Shown here: in pieces, positions 50,512 through 61,658 of the stretch
Layout of the letters: the number at the start of each line of letters is the position of its first letter
Position numbering within the stretch: position 1 is the stretch's first letter
Origin: an uncultured Acidimicrobiia bacterium
Lineage (GTDB): Bacteria; Actinomycetota; Acidimicrobiia; Spongiisociales; DATADW01
Reading direction: 5' to 3'
Assembly: GCA_963826825.1 (NCBI GenBank)
Contig: CAWGYV010000016.1
Span: 414,771-478,770 of the forward strand
DNA length: 64,000 bases
Notes under the pieces: model-generated
The model's database searches: none
Told to the model about the DNA's origin: nothing
The model's input: the letters and a program-made list of their open reading frames with translations, nothing else
Program-made: the position numbers and the translations under genes

Positions 50512-51893
50512 TCAGTCAGCGCTGTCCATCAGCGCTTGCCGCGCTCGGTCCATCAGCGCTTGCCGACGCTTGCCGCCGAGCAACCCGGGTAGCCCGGGTA
50601 TGCCCTTTCCCTCCGCCACCATCTTCATGAGCCGCTGTGTCTCTCCGAACTGCTTGAGCAGCCCGTTGACCTCCTGCGACGTTGTGCCCGAGCCCGACGC
50701 GATTCGCCGCTTCCTGCTGCCGTTGATCAGCTTGGGATTTTGGCGCTCCTCGAGCGTCATCGATCGGATGATCGCCTCGACCCGTCCCACGTCGCGGTCC
50801 GAAACCTCGACATTGCGGAGGAGGGACCCGGCGCCGGGAAGCATAGCAACCACCTGGTCGAGCGACCCCATCCGTCTTCACCTGCTGGAACTGATCGAGG
50901 AAGTCGTCGAAGGTGAAGCTGGCGGTCCTCATCTTGTCGGCGAGCTTCTCTGCCTGCTGGGCATCCCAGGTCTGCTCCGCCTTCTCGATCAGGGTGAGCA
51001 CATCGCCCATGCCCGAGGATCCGCGAAGCCATGCGATCGGGGTGGAACACCTCGAAGTCGTCGAGCTTCTCCCCCACTCCGGCGAACTTGATCGGGCTCC
51101 CCGTCACCTCGCGCACAGATATGGCCGCCCCGCCCCTCGCATCCCCGTCGAGCTTGGAGAGAACGATCCCGGTCAAGTCGACGTACTCGAGAAAGCCCTT
51201 GGCGACGTTTACCGCGTCCTGGCCGGTCATGGCGTCGACGACGAGCAGCGTCTCGGTGGGGTTGGAGGCCTTGTCCAGATCGGAGAGCTCGCCCATCAGC
51301 TGGCGGTCGATCTGCAGTCTCCCCGCGGTGTCAACCACCACGACGTCGCGGCCCAATCGGTTGCCTCCTTGAGGGCCGCCTTGACGAGACGGGCGGGTCG
51401 CTGGGTGCGGTCGGTGAACACCGGGAACGCCGGCACGCTCGCCGAGCGTCTGCAGTTGCTCGATCGCCGCCGGACGCTGCAGGTCGGCTGCCACCAGCAT
51501 CGGCTGCTTTCCCTGGCGGACCAGATGGCGCGAGAGCTTGGCCGCGGATGTGGTCTTTCCCGACCCCTGCAGGCCGACCATGAGGATCACGGTGGGAGGG
51601 GAAGGGGCCATGGATAGCCGCGCCGGTTCGGTCCCGAGAGTCGCCACCAACTCCTCGTTGACGATCTTCACCACCTGCTGACCGGGGGTGAGGCTCTTGG
51701 TCACCTCGGCGCCGACGGCACGTTCCTTCACCCGGTTGAGCAGATCGCGGGCCACGACGACGTTGACGTCCGCTTCGAGCAGGGCCAGCCTGATCTCGCG
51801 CAGCGATGCGTCCACGTCGGCCTCGGAGAGCCGGCCCTTGCCGCGCATCCGGTCGAAGATCCCGCCGAGCCGATCGGTGAGTGTGTCGAACAC
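50512..51893 (-). CDS. ffh: Signal recognition particle protein Ffh (frame breaks ~51422, ~51361, ~51005, ~50875)
   Basis: MFDTLTDRLGGIFDRMRGKGRLSE, MVGLQGSGKTT, DTAGRL and LSKLDGDARGGAA are present. The M-domain reads GDVLTLIEKAE...FTFDDFLDQ / MGSLDQVVAMLPG...MTLEERQNP in other frames. Confidence 0.93.
50524..50565 (-). repeat. In-frame 24-bp-period tandem duplication at the ffh 3' end
   Basis: gtccatcagcgcttgccg occurs at 50524..50541 and 50548..50565. It encodes RQALMD twice (..KRRQALMDRARQALMDSAD-stop). Confidence 0.9.
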
Positions 51894-51999
51894 GGTCGAG
51901 ATGTTACGGGTATCGCGAAACTGACCGAATTGTGCTAATAATTGAGGGCTTGACCGCGGCCGTCAGCCGCGGGTTGCCTGGGGGGAATCGTGGAGATCT

Positions 52000-52878
52000 A
52001 TGGATAACCTCTGGGTGGTCGTTCTATCGGCCGTGGTAGCGCTCGTTGTTGGGGGCATAGCGGGCTATTCACTGGCCTACTTCCGACTCCGGCGTCTCGA
52101 AGAGCGCTGGCGATCATTCGTTGCCAGGCACAAGCATGAGGCTGAGATCGCCCAGGGGCGCGCCACCGAGCTGGCCAACCGTCTGGAGGCGGTTCAATCG
52201 GGCGCCGAAACGGGCGAACTGCAGACCGCCCTCGATGAGGCGCAGCGCGAGCTGGCCAGAGCGGAGGGACAGGCCGCTCTGCTCAGACCCGAGGTCGATG
52301 CCCTCCACCGCCTGCTCACCGAGAAGGAGCAGGAGATCCTCCTGCTCAAGGAGTCCATCAGGGAGTCGGCGGGACCGACGGCCATCGAAGGATCAACGAG
52401 GCAGCCGGTGGCTGCGCCGGTCGATGCCGGTCATCGGAGGTGGCCGAGCCGGTGACAGCGCCCGTCGTCGAGGAGGTGGCCGAGGAGGTGAGGGAGCCGG
52501 TGGCTGCGCCGGTCGTCGAGGTCGAGGATGATGTGTCCGAGATCGTCGCGCCCCCCGAAGCAGATCCCGTCCTCCCACCGCCCAACGAGTTGCCCCCCGA
52601 GTTCGCCCCACCCGTGTCACCTGTCCCGAGCGCACGGCGAGGAAGCGGCAAGGCTCAACGGGGAAGTCGAGGATGATCTCACCGCCATTTCCGGGATAGG
52701 CCCGGCAACGGCCCGCCGGCTCCGCCACGAGGGACTCACCAGCTTCGCCCAGATCGCCGAGCTCAACGACGAGGCGATCGACGAGCTCGCACCCAAGCTG
52801 AAGAACAGGGCCGAACGCATCAGACGCGACCGCTGGGTGGAGCAGGCGAGAAAGCTGGCCGCGGAACGCGCCGATTGA
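52000..52878 (+). CDS. Membrane-anchored coiled-coil protein with C-terminal helix-hairpin-helix-like domain (frame breaks ~52440 and ~52640)
   Basis: The N-terminal TM is MDNLWVVVLSAVVALVVGGIAGYSLAYF. The coiled coil reads ELQTALDEAQRELARAEGQAALLRPE, followed by an acidic Pro-rich spacer. The C-terminus reads DDLTAISGIGPATARRLRHEGLTSFAQIAELNDEAIDEL. Confidence 0.55.
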
Positions 52879-52906
52879 ATCTCGCCGCTCTTCACCCAGA
52901 TCCCAG

Positions 52907-55642
52907 ATGACGGGTCCGCCGGCGGTCGACCGCGACGAGGCGCTGCGAGCCGACATCCGCCGCCTCGGCACCCAGCTTGGCGAGGCGCTCGCCCGCCAAC
53001 ACGGCACCGAACTGCTCGACCTGGTCGAGCACGTGCGAGCGCTCTGCAAATCGATACGACACGACCACGACCCAGAAGCGACCAAGCAACTCGATGCGAC
53101 GCTTGAGCTCGCTCGATCTCGGGACCGTCATCCAACTGGTACGAGCCTTCACCGCCTACTTCTATCTGGCCAACGTCGCCGAGCAGACCCATCGGGTTGG
53201 TGAGATGGTCGACGAGGACCGCCGCTTCGAAGCCACGGTTGATCGCATCATCGAAGCCGGACTCGACAAGGACCTGATCGCGTCGGTCGTGTCCAGGCTC
53301 GAGCTGCGCCCCGTCTTCACCGCCCACCCGACCGAGGCCGCCCGCCCGACCACGCTCAACAAGCTGCGCACAGTGGCCGACCTGCTCGACGACCGGCTCG
53401 ACCCACGGGCAACCGAAGCCGACCGGGTGCGGATCGACCGCAGGGTCGCCGAGGTGATCGACCAGATCTGGGAAACCGACGAGCTACGCATGGACAAGCC
53501 CGAGCCGGTGGACGAGGCCCGCTCGGCGATCTTCTACTTCGACCGGTTGGAAAGCGACGTCTTTCCTGATCTGGGCGAGGAGTTGGCGCTCCAGTTGGAA
53601 CGGCTCGATCCCAACCGGGACCGCACCCAGACACCGATCCGATTCGGGACCTGGGTTGGTGGCGACCGCGACGGCAATCCCTCGGTCACCGCAGATGTCA
53701 CCCGGCGGGTTCTCGAACTGCAGCACGACCATGGTCTTACGGCGGCTGATCGAGGCGGTCGAGCGGCTCGCCGAGGATCTGTCGATCTCCGACAGGACGT
53801 GGAATGTCTCCGCCGAGTTGATGGCATCCCTGGAGCGCGACCGCGAGATGCTCCCTCTCACCTGGCAGCGTTTCCACGGACTCAACGCCCACGAGCCCTA
53901 CCGGCTAAAGCTCGCCTACATCCACAGCCGGCTGGGCGCCACCAGAACGCGAATCCGCGAGGGCGCCCGGCATCAGCCCGGGGTCGACTATGCGGGGCCA
54001 TCCGAGCTGGCCGCCGAGCTCGAGTTGTTGCGCTCATCGCTGTGCGAGAACGCCGGTCTGCTCATCGCAGAGGGTTCGGTGATGCGGCTGATCAGGGTGG
54101 TGGCCACGTTCGGGTTCCACCTCGCCACGATGGATGTCCGCGAGCACGCCGACCGGATCCACGATGTCGTCGCTCAACTCCTCGACAGAGTCGGTATCGC
54201 GTATGCGGACCGCAGCTCCGAGGAGCGTCTCGAGTTGCTGGCCAGGGAGCTCGCCGAGGGCAGACCCTTGGCAACCGCGGCTGCCCGCCTTGGTGAAGGT
54301 GCCGAGGAAACCATGGCCACTTTCGCAGGCATCGCCTCCGCCCTCGACCGGTATGGGCCCGCGGTCATCGAGTCGTACATCGTCTCGATGACGAGGGGAG
54401 CCGACGACATCCTCGCCGCGGCGGTGCTGGCTCGTGAGGCCGGGACTGATCGACCTCCACGACGGTCTTGCCCGGGTGGGGTTCGTGCCGCTCTTCGAGA
54501 CCATCGACGAGTTGAGACGCTGCGGCGAGATCCTCGACCAGTTGCTCTCCGACCTCTCCTACCGCCAGGTGGTCTCGCTGCGGGGCGATGTCCAGGAGGT
54601 GATGCTGGGGTATTCCGACTCGAACAAGCAGGGCGGGATAACCACCAGCCAGTGGGAGATCTACAAGGCGCAGCGACAGCTGCGGAACACGGCGCGCCAC
54701 CACGGGGTCACGCTCCGGCTATTCCACGGACGCGGCGGCACCATCGGCCGGGGTGGAGGCCCGACCCACCAGGCGATCCTCGCCCAGCCATTCGGCACAA
54801 TCGACGGGCCGCTCAAGGTGACCGAGCAGGGCGAGGTCATCTCCGACAAGTACGGGCTCCCCGGGCTGGCGGCGCGCAACCTCGAGCTGGCAGCGGGCTC
54901 GGTGCTCGAGGCGTCGCTGCTCCACCGGTCGTCGCGCCAGCCCAAGGAGGTGCTCGACCGCTGGACCGAGGCGATGGAGGTGGTGTCCGATGCGGCGTAC
55001 TCGTCATACCGCACCCTGGTTGACGACCCCGGGATGGTGCGGTTCTTCCTCTCCGCCACCCCGGTCGAGGAGTTGGCATCGATGAACATCGGGTCGCGTC
55101 CCTCGCGACGTCCCGGCAGCGGAACGGGGCTCGACGACTTGCGCGCCATACCTTGGGTCTTCGGATGGACCCAGTCACGCATGATCATCCCCGGCTGGTA
55201 CGGGGTGGGCACCGGTCTCGTCGAGGCACGCAAACGCGGTTACGGGGAAGTGCTCGACGAGATGCACGAACAGTGGTGGTTCCTCCAAACCTTCGTCTCG
55301 AACGTCGAGATGACGCTGACCAAGGCCGACCTGGGGATCGCCCGACGGTACGTGGAGGAACTGGTCGACCCCGAAGTGCAACAGCTACTCGACATGATCC
55401 TCGAGGAGCACGACACGACCATGGGCGAGGTCCTCCGGCTCACCGACCGGCCCGGGCTGCTCGCCGGCAACCCATTGCTCCGCCGCACCCTCGAGGTGCG
55501 CGACGTCTACCTCGACCCGCTCAACTACCTCCAGATCGCCCTCCTGGCGAGAAGCAGGGCGGGCGAGACCGATCCACTTCTGCAACGGGCCCTCCTGCTC
55601 ACTGTGAACGGAATCGCCGCTGGGATGCGCAACACCGGCTGA
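52907..55642 (+). CDS. ppc: Phosphoenolpyruvate carboxylase (frame breaks ~53120, ~53740, ~54440)
   Basis: [47 protein letters not shown] and the C-terminal [11 protein letters not shown] are spread over four frames. Confidence 0.93.
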
Positions 55643-55666
55643 CGTTGAAGAGCCGCTATCTCGCTG

Positions 55667-55696
55667 CCGTCCGACTTCCGCCGTCCGTCTTCCGTC
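55667..55696. repeat. Cluster of four CCGTC (= GACGG) motifs between ppc and upp, related to the 35941 heptamer array
   Basis: CCGTC starts at 55667, 55681, 55685 and 55692 (spacings 14, 4 and 7). The reverse complement reads gacagacggaagacggacggcggaagtcggacggc. Confidence 0.6.
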
Positions 55697-55734
55697 TGTC
55701 TCGGTAGCCTGCCGCAGCCGAGGAGTCGAGGCCT

Positions 55735-56355
55735 GTGCCCCTTACCGTCGTCGAGCACCCATTGACGCGTCACTACCTGTCGATCCTCCGTCGCGCCGAC
55801 ACCGGGTCGGAGCTGTTCAGGGAGACCACCCGCCGTCTCGCGTACACCCTGGTGATGGAGGCAACATCGGATCTTCCCGTGGAAGAGATCTCCATCGAGA
55901 CCCCGCTCGAGCAGGCAGCCGGCCACCGTTTGGGGAAGGACCTGGTGGCGGTGGCGGTGCTGCGCGCCGGTCTTGGACTGCTCCAAGCGGTGCTCGACCT
56001 CCTCCCCGGGGTCAAGGTCGGATACGCCGGAGTCCAGCGCGACGAGGAGACCGCGCTCCCACTCGAGTACTACACCAAGCTCCCCAAGCTGGCCGAGGCT
56101 CGCGTCCTGGTGCTCGAGCCGATGCTGGCCACGGGCGGGTCGCTGTCATGGGCCATCGGGAAGGTCAAGGAGGGTGGCGCCCGTGACATCGTGGCTCTTT
56201 GCGTGGTTGCGGCGCCACAGGGTGCCGCCGTCATCGAGCGTGACCACCCCGATGTCCGGGTCGTGGCCGCCTCGCTCGACCGCGACCTCGACGACCACTT
56301 CTACATCCGTCCCGGCCTCGGCGACATGGGCGACCGGCTGTTTGGGACGCTGTGA
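55735..56355 (+). CDS. upp: Uracil phosphoribosyltransferase
   Basis: Intact, 206 aa. VVEHPLTRHYLSILR, VLVLEPMLATGGS and YIRPGLGDMGDRLFGT are present. Confidence 0.92.
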   Translation: MPLTVVEHPLTRHYLSILRRADTGSELFRETTRRLAYTLVMEATSDLPVEEISIETPLEQAAGHRLGKDLVAVAVLRAGLGLLQAVLDLLPGVKVGYAGVQRDEETALPLEYYTKLPKLAEARVLVLEPMLATGGSLSWAIGKVKEGGARDIVALCVVAAPQGAAVIERDHPDVRVVAASLDRDLDDHFYIRPGLGDMGDRLFGTL

Positions 56356-56639
56356 GCTCGTCGTTCCGCGAAACCGTCATCGGCGTGGTGAGATCCTTGA
56401 GCCCAGGCGAGGTCGTCTCCTACGGCGAGGTGGCGGCCCAGGCGGGCCGGCCAGGTGCCGGCCGGGCCGTTGGCCGCATCCTCGCCGAGGTCGAGAGCCC
56501 CATCCCCTGGTGGCGAGTGGTCGGCCACGATGGGCGGCTCCGGTCGCCGTCGGTACATCGCCAGGCTGAAAGGCTGGCCAGCGAGGGCGTCATCGTGACC
56601 GAAGGGCGGGTGCGCATCGTCTCGCCCTCCGGCCGCTGA
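56352..56639 (+). CDS. MGMT-family DNA-binding protein without the catalytic Cys (alkyltransferase-like, ATL)
   Basis: Intact, 95 aa. VVSYGEVAAQAGRPGAGRAVGRIL...PIPWWRVV has P-W-W-R where methyltransferases have P-C-H-R. It overlaps the upp stop by 4 nt. Confidence 0.75.
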   Translation: MSSSFRETVIGVVRSLSPGEVVSYGEVAAQAGRPGAGRAVGRILAEVESPIPWWRVVGHDGRLRSPSVHRQAERLASEGVIVTEGRVRIVSPSGR

Positions 56640-56710
56640 TCCAACGTCTCCCGATCGCAATCCGACCGTGGTCCGATGACACCCACCCTACGATCGTCCA
56701 TGGTTCCCCT

Positions 56711-58554
56711 ATGACGACTAGAGAGTCGCCCCTTCAGGTCTTGCGCGACGGCTACCGACTGGTCGCCGGGTTCGTGCGCGTCCACCCTGTCTCGTTCCTG
56801 GTGGCCGTGAGCGGGGCAGCCATCTTCGCCTCAGGCGTGATTCTCTCGGCGTGGGTCATCGGCCGGGCAACCGATCAGCTCATCATCCCCGTGCTCGACG
56901 AGGGAGCCTCGCCCTCCGGTCTGGTCCTCCCCGTCGTACTCGCAATATTGGCGGTGGCGGTGTGGAAGGCGGCCGGGATCGTGCTCCGCCGTACCGGTGC
57001 GGGGTGGCTCCAGTTCCAGACAAGGGCCGATGTCCGCAAGAAGCTGATCTCCCACCAGCTTCGGCTCGGGCTGAGCTGGTTCCGTCGCCAGTCGGTGGGC
57101 GATCTCCTCGCGGTGAGCGAGACCGACGCCAACCAGGGCACCTTCATCCTCGCTCCGCTCCCCTTCGGCACCGGCGCCGTCCTACTCCTGGTGGGCACGA
57201 TCGTCGTGATCTTCGCCCTCGACCCGATCCTCGCCCTGCTCACGTTTGTCGCGCTCGTTGTGGTGACGGCGGTGGACGTGCGCGGCTCGTGGAAGTTGTT
57301 CGAGGCCTTCCAGGAGGTGCAGCGGCTGCGCGGCGAGACCAGCGCGGTAGCGCACGAGAGCTTCGACGGTGCCCTGACGGTCAAGGCGCTGGGAAGGGAG
57401 GACTTCGAGACCGAGCGGTTCTCTCGGGCAGCGCACAGGCTGCGTGACAAGGTGATCACCGTCGAGCGGGCCGCGGCGACATACCGGTCGGTGGTCGAGT
57501 CGTTTCCCGCCGTGACCACGGTTCTCGTGCTGACCTTCGGAACGATGCGGATCGCCGCCGGCGCCATCACGCCCGGCGAGTTGGTGTCGGTTGCCTATCT
57601 GCTCTCGCTCATCTCGGTCCCGATGCGGCTGATCGGCTACGTGTTGTGGGACCTCGCCGAGAGCCTGGCTGGCTGGCGGCGCGTTCGGGAGGTTCTCGAC
57701 GCCGACGAACTGGTGGAGCACGGCTCGCTGCTCGCAGTGGACGACGAGTCCGGGGCAAGGGTCGGAGGAGAGGGCATCGGGTTCGGGTACGACGAGGGTG
57801 AGCACCATCATCTCCGAGCTCGAGCTGGACGTCCCACCGGGAAAGGTGGTGGCGATGGTGGGCCGCACCGCTTCGGGCAAGTCCACCCTCGCCGTTCTGC
57901 TCGCTCGGCTTTGGGATCCCTCCACCGGAACCATCCATCTCGACGGTCGCGACTTGAGATCGTTCGCCCGCTCCGAGCTGGCTAGAGAGGTCGCCTTCGT
58001 TTCCCAGGAGACTTTCCTCTTCGACGACACGGTGCGGGGCAACATCACACTCGGCCTCACCATCCCCGACGACGAAGTCAGAGAAGCCGCCCGTCTCGCC
58101 GGTGCCGACGAGTTCATCAACGAGTTGCCCGCTGGCTTACGACACCCGGATCGGGGAACGCGGCACCTCGTTATCCGGTGGCCAGCGGCAACGTCTGGCG
58201 CTGGCACGTGCCCTGGTCCGCCGTCCCCGGCTCCTCATCCTCGACGACGCCACCTCGGCGGTGGACCCCTCGGTCGAGTCCGAGATCCTGCGGGGACTGC
58301 GCCGAGCCGGGCTGCCGTCCACCGTCGTGGTGGTCGCCTACCGGCGCTCGAGCATCGTGCTGGCCGACGAGGTGATCTACGTCGAGGACGGCCGGGTCGT
58401 GGCGCAGGGAAGCCATGCCGAACTGCTGGATAGGGCCCCCGGGTACGCCCGATTGCTGCGCGCCTATGACGAAGATGCCGCAGTCCGCAAACAGGAGGCC
58501 GAGGAGCGAAGGCTTGACCGGGCTCATCGGGCGCCCGACGAGGTGCGCACGTGA
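56711..58554 (+). CDS. ABC transporter permease/ATP-binding fusion protein, exporter type (frame breaks ~57810 and ~58150)
   Basis: A six-TM N-domain is followed by Walker A GRTASGKST, the signature LSGGQRQRLALARAL and Walker B LILDDATSAVD. It overlaps the start of its partner gene. Confidence 0.85.
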
Positions 58555-60329
58555 GCACCATCGCCCCTTCCGCGACGACGACCTCGGCCCTGGCGCGCGC
58601 CTTCCGACTGGCGCCGGCACTTGGCCGCGGACTCTGGTTCACGATCGTGCTCGCTTTTGCCGGCACCGCCTCGCAGGTGGTGGTGCCGATCCTCATCCAG
58701 CAGATGACCGACAACGAGATCCTCGCCGAGGGCGGCGTGGACGTTCAGGGCGCAGTCACCCTCGGCGGTATCGCCCTTCTCGCCATCGCTGCCGGGGTGG
58801 CTGCGCAACGAGCGGCATTGGCGCGGCTCGCCACCTCGTCGGCCACCGGGCTGGCCGACCTCAGGGTCGGCACCTTCCGCCATCTCCACCAACTTTCGAT
58901 GCTCCATGTCCAGTCGCAGCGCCGTGGTGCCCTCGTGGCGCGGGTGACGTCGGACCCGGAAACCATCCAGGACTTCATGGGTTGGGGCGGCGTGGGCATG
59001 TTGGTCGGATCGGCGCAGGTGGTCCTCGCCTTCACGGTGATGGCCATCTACCGCTGGTACCTGGCGCTGCTCGTCCTCGGTGGTGTGGTGCTCTACGCAC
59101 TCCTCCTCCTCTGGTTCCAACGCATACTCCGCCGGGCACACGATCACGTCAGGGAACGGGTCGCCGACAGCCTCTCGGCATTGAGCGAGGCGATCGCCGG
59201 TCTCCCGGTGGTGCGCGCCTATGGGGCAGAGAGGGCCACCACCGCCAAGGTGGAGGGGGCGCTCGACGCCCAGTTCGAGGCCGAGTTCCGCACCGCTCGG
59301 CTCGGCGCCGGGCTGTTCTCCTCGGCCGACCTCTTCGCCGGGACACTCACCGCGGCGGTGGTTGCGGTCGGGGTGATCAGCGGTGTCGCCGACGGGACAT
59401 CTGCCGGGACGCTTCTCGCCTTCCTCTTCCTTCTCAACCTCTTGGTGGAGCCGGTCCAGATCCTGGTGGAGACGCTCGATCAGGCACAGACCGCAGGTGC
59501 CGGGTTGCGACGCATCCTCGGGGTCCTCGACACTCCGGTGGATGTGGCCGACCCCCCCGGCGGGGTGGACCTGCCCGATGGCGGGCTCGATGTCCAGATG
59601 GAGGCGGTCAACTACCGCTATCCCGATGGGGCCGAGGATGTCCTCAGCGACGTATCGGTGCAGATCGACTCGGGGCGGCGGGTCGCCGTGGTGGGCGAAA
59701 CCGGATCGGGGAAGACCACGTTCGCCAAGCTGGTCACCAGGCTCTTCGACCCTATCGGGGGCGAGGTCATCGTGGGGGGAATCCCGGTGGACCGGGTCAG
59801 GTTCGCATCGCTCCGCTCCCGCGTGGCATATGTCCCCCAGGAGGGCTTTCTCTTCGACGCCTCGGTAGCGGACAACGTCCGCTACGGGCGTCTCGCCGCC
59901 AGTGACGACGGCGTGCGGGCCGCCTTCTACGACCTCGGTCTCGACGAGTGGATGGATTCACTGCCTGAGGGGTTGGACACCTTCGTCGGCGAACGGGGTG
60001 GCCGATTGTCCGCCGGGGAGCGGCAGCTTGTCGCCCTTGTGCGCGCCTGGATCACCGACCCCGACCTGCTCGTCCTCGACGAGGCAACCTCTGCGGTGGA
60101 CCCAGCCCTCGAGGTCCAGCTCCGACGTGCCATCGAACGCCTCACCGCCGGCCGGACCTCGATAACCGTCGCCCACCGCCTGTCGACGGCCGAGGCCGCC
60201 GACGAGATTCTGGTATTCGACCAGGGGCGTCTCGTGGAGAGGGGCAACCACGCCGAGCTGCTCGAAGGGGGCGGCGTCTACGCCCGTCTCCATGCCGACT
60301 GGGCGGCAGGCACCGTCAGCGTCGCCTGA
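58551..60329 (+). CDS. ABC transporter permease/ATP-binding fusion protein, exporter type (heterodimer partner)
   Basis: Intact, 592 aa. It carries GETGSGKTT, LSAGERQLVALVRA and LLVLDEATSAVD. Confidence 0.9.
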   Translation: MSTIAPSATTTSALARAFRLAPALGRGLWFTIVLAFAGTASQVVVPILIQQMTDNEILAEGGVDVQGAVTLGGIALLAIAAGVAAQRAALARLATSSATGLADLRVGTFRHLHQLSMLHVQSQRRGALVARVTSDPETIQDFMGWGGVGMLVGSAQVVLAFTVMAIYRWYLALLVLGGVVLYALLLLWFQRILRRAHDHVRERVADSLSALSEAIAGLPVVRAYGAERATTAKVEGALDAQFEAEFRTARLGAGLFSSADLFAGTLTAAVVAVGVISGVADGTSAGTLLAFLFLLNLLVEPVQILVETLDQAQTAGAGLRRILGVLDTPVDVADPPGGVDLPDGGLDVQMEAVNYRYPDGAEDVLSDVSVQIDSGRRVAVVGETGSGKTTFAKLVTRLFDPIGGEVIVGGIPVDRVRFASLRSRVAYVPQEGFLFDASVADNVRYGRLAASDDGVRAAFYDLGLDEWMDSLPEGLDTFVGERGGRLSAGERQLVALVRAWITDPDLLVLDEATSAVDPALEVQLRRAIERLTAGRTSITVAHRLSTAEAADEILVFDQGRLVERGNHAELLEGGGVYARLHADWAAGTVSVA

Positions 60330-60351
60330 TCAACCGGATAGCTTCCGGGGG

Positions 60352-61658
60352 ATGAACGCCGTCGAGTTGATAGAGCGGAAGCGCGACCGGGGGGCGCTCA
60401 CCGCCGACCAGATCCGATGGTTCATCGCAGGGGTCGCCGATGGGAAGATCCCCGACTACCAGGCGGCGGCGATGCTCATGGCGGTGTTCATCAACGGGAT
60501 GGATCCCGACGAGCTGGCGACCTGGACCGACGCCATGCTCCACTCCGGAGAGGTGCTCGACCTCTCCTCGATCGAGGCGCCGAAGGTGGACAAGCACTCG
60601 ACCGGTGGCGTGGGTGACAAGGTGAGCATCCCGCTCGCACCAATCGTGGCCGTCTGCGGCGCCGCGGTCCCCATGATGAGCGGGAGGGGGCTGGGGCACA
60701 CCGGTGGCACCCTGGACAAGCTGGAGTCGATCCCGGGCTTCACCACCGCTCTCGAGCCCGACCGGTTCAACCAGGTGCTCGCCGCCGAGGGTCTCGTCCT
60801 GGCGGGCCAGTCGGAAAGCCTGGTCCCCGCCGACAGGCGGCTCTATGCGCTGCGAGACGCCACGGGCACCGTCCCTTCGATCCCTCTGATCGCTTCGTCG
60901 ATCATGTCGAAGAAGCTCGCCGAGGATCTCGACGCCCTCGTGCTCGATGTCAAGGTGGGGTCGGGTTCGTTCATGGGCGACATCGAGCGTGCCCGCCTGC
61001 TGGCCACCACCATGGTCGGGCTGGGGGCGGCACACGGGCTGACCGTCGAGGCGGTCCTCACCGACATGAGCGAGCCGCTCGGGGTGGAGGTGGGCAACGC
61101 CAACGAGGTCGCAGAGTCGATCGAGGTTCTGCGCGGGGAAGGGCCCGACGACCTCATCGAGTTGGTCACCGACCTCGCCGCCCGGATGCTCACCGCGGCG
61201 GGCATCACCGGCTCGGCGGACGAGGCGGCGCTCTCGGTTGCAGGCGCCATCGAGTCGGGTGCTGCGCTCGACGCCTTCCGCCGCGTCGTCGCCGCCCAAG
61301 GCGGTGACACCTCGGTGGTGGACGATCCGGCCGGCCTCCCATCGGCACCCGAGATCGCCGAGGTGACGGCCGGACGTGCAGGCTGGGTGACGAGGTGCGA
61401 TGCCCGTACCGTGGGCGTGGCTGCGATGCGGCTAGGTGCCGGGAGAGAACGCAAGGAGGACGAAGTGGACCATGGTGTCGGGATCACGCTCCTCGCCAAG
61501 GCGGGCGACCCGGTGGACAAGGGACAGCCAGTGGCCAGGGTTCGCTACCGGTCCCGAGGAACGGTGGGAGGACACGGCTCCGTTCCTCGCCGGGGCCTGG
61601 CAGGTTGGTGACGACGCCCCGAGCACTCAGCCCTCTCGTGATCGAACGGGTCGGCTGA
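60352..61658 (+). CDS. deoA: Thymidine/pyrimidine-nucleoside phosphorylase (frame breaks ~61545 and ~61625)
   Basis: MNAVELIERKRDRGALTADQIRWFI, KHSTGGVGDKVS, SGRGLGHTGGTLDKLE and SIMSKKLAE are present. The shifted tail is ...PLVIERVG-stop at 61656..61658. Confidence 0.9.
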
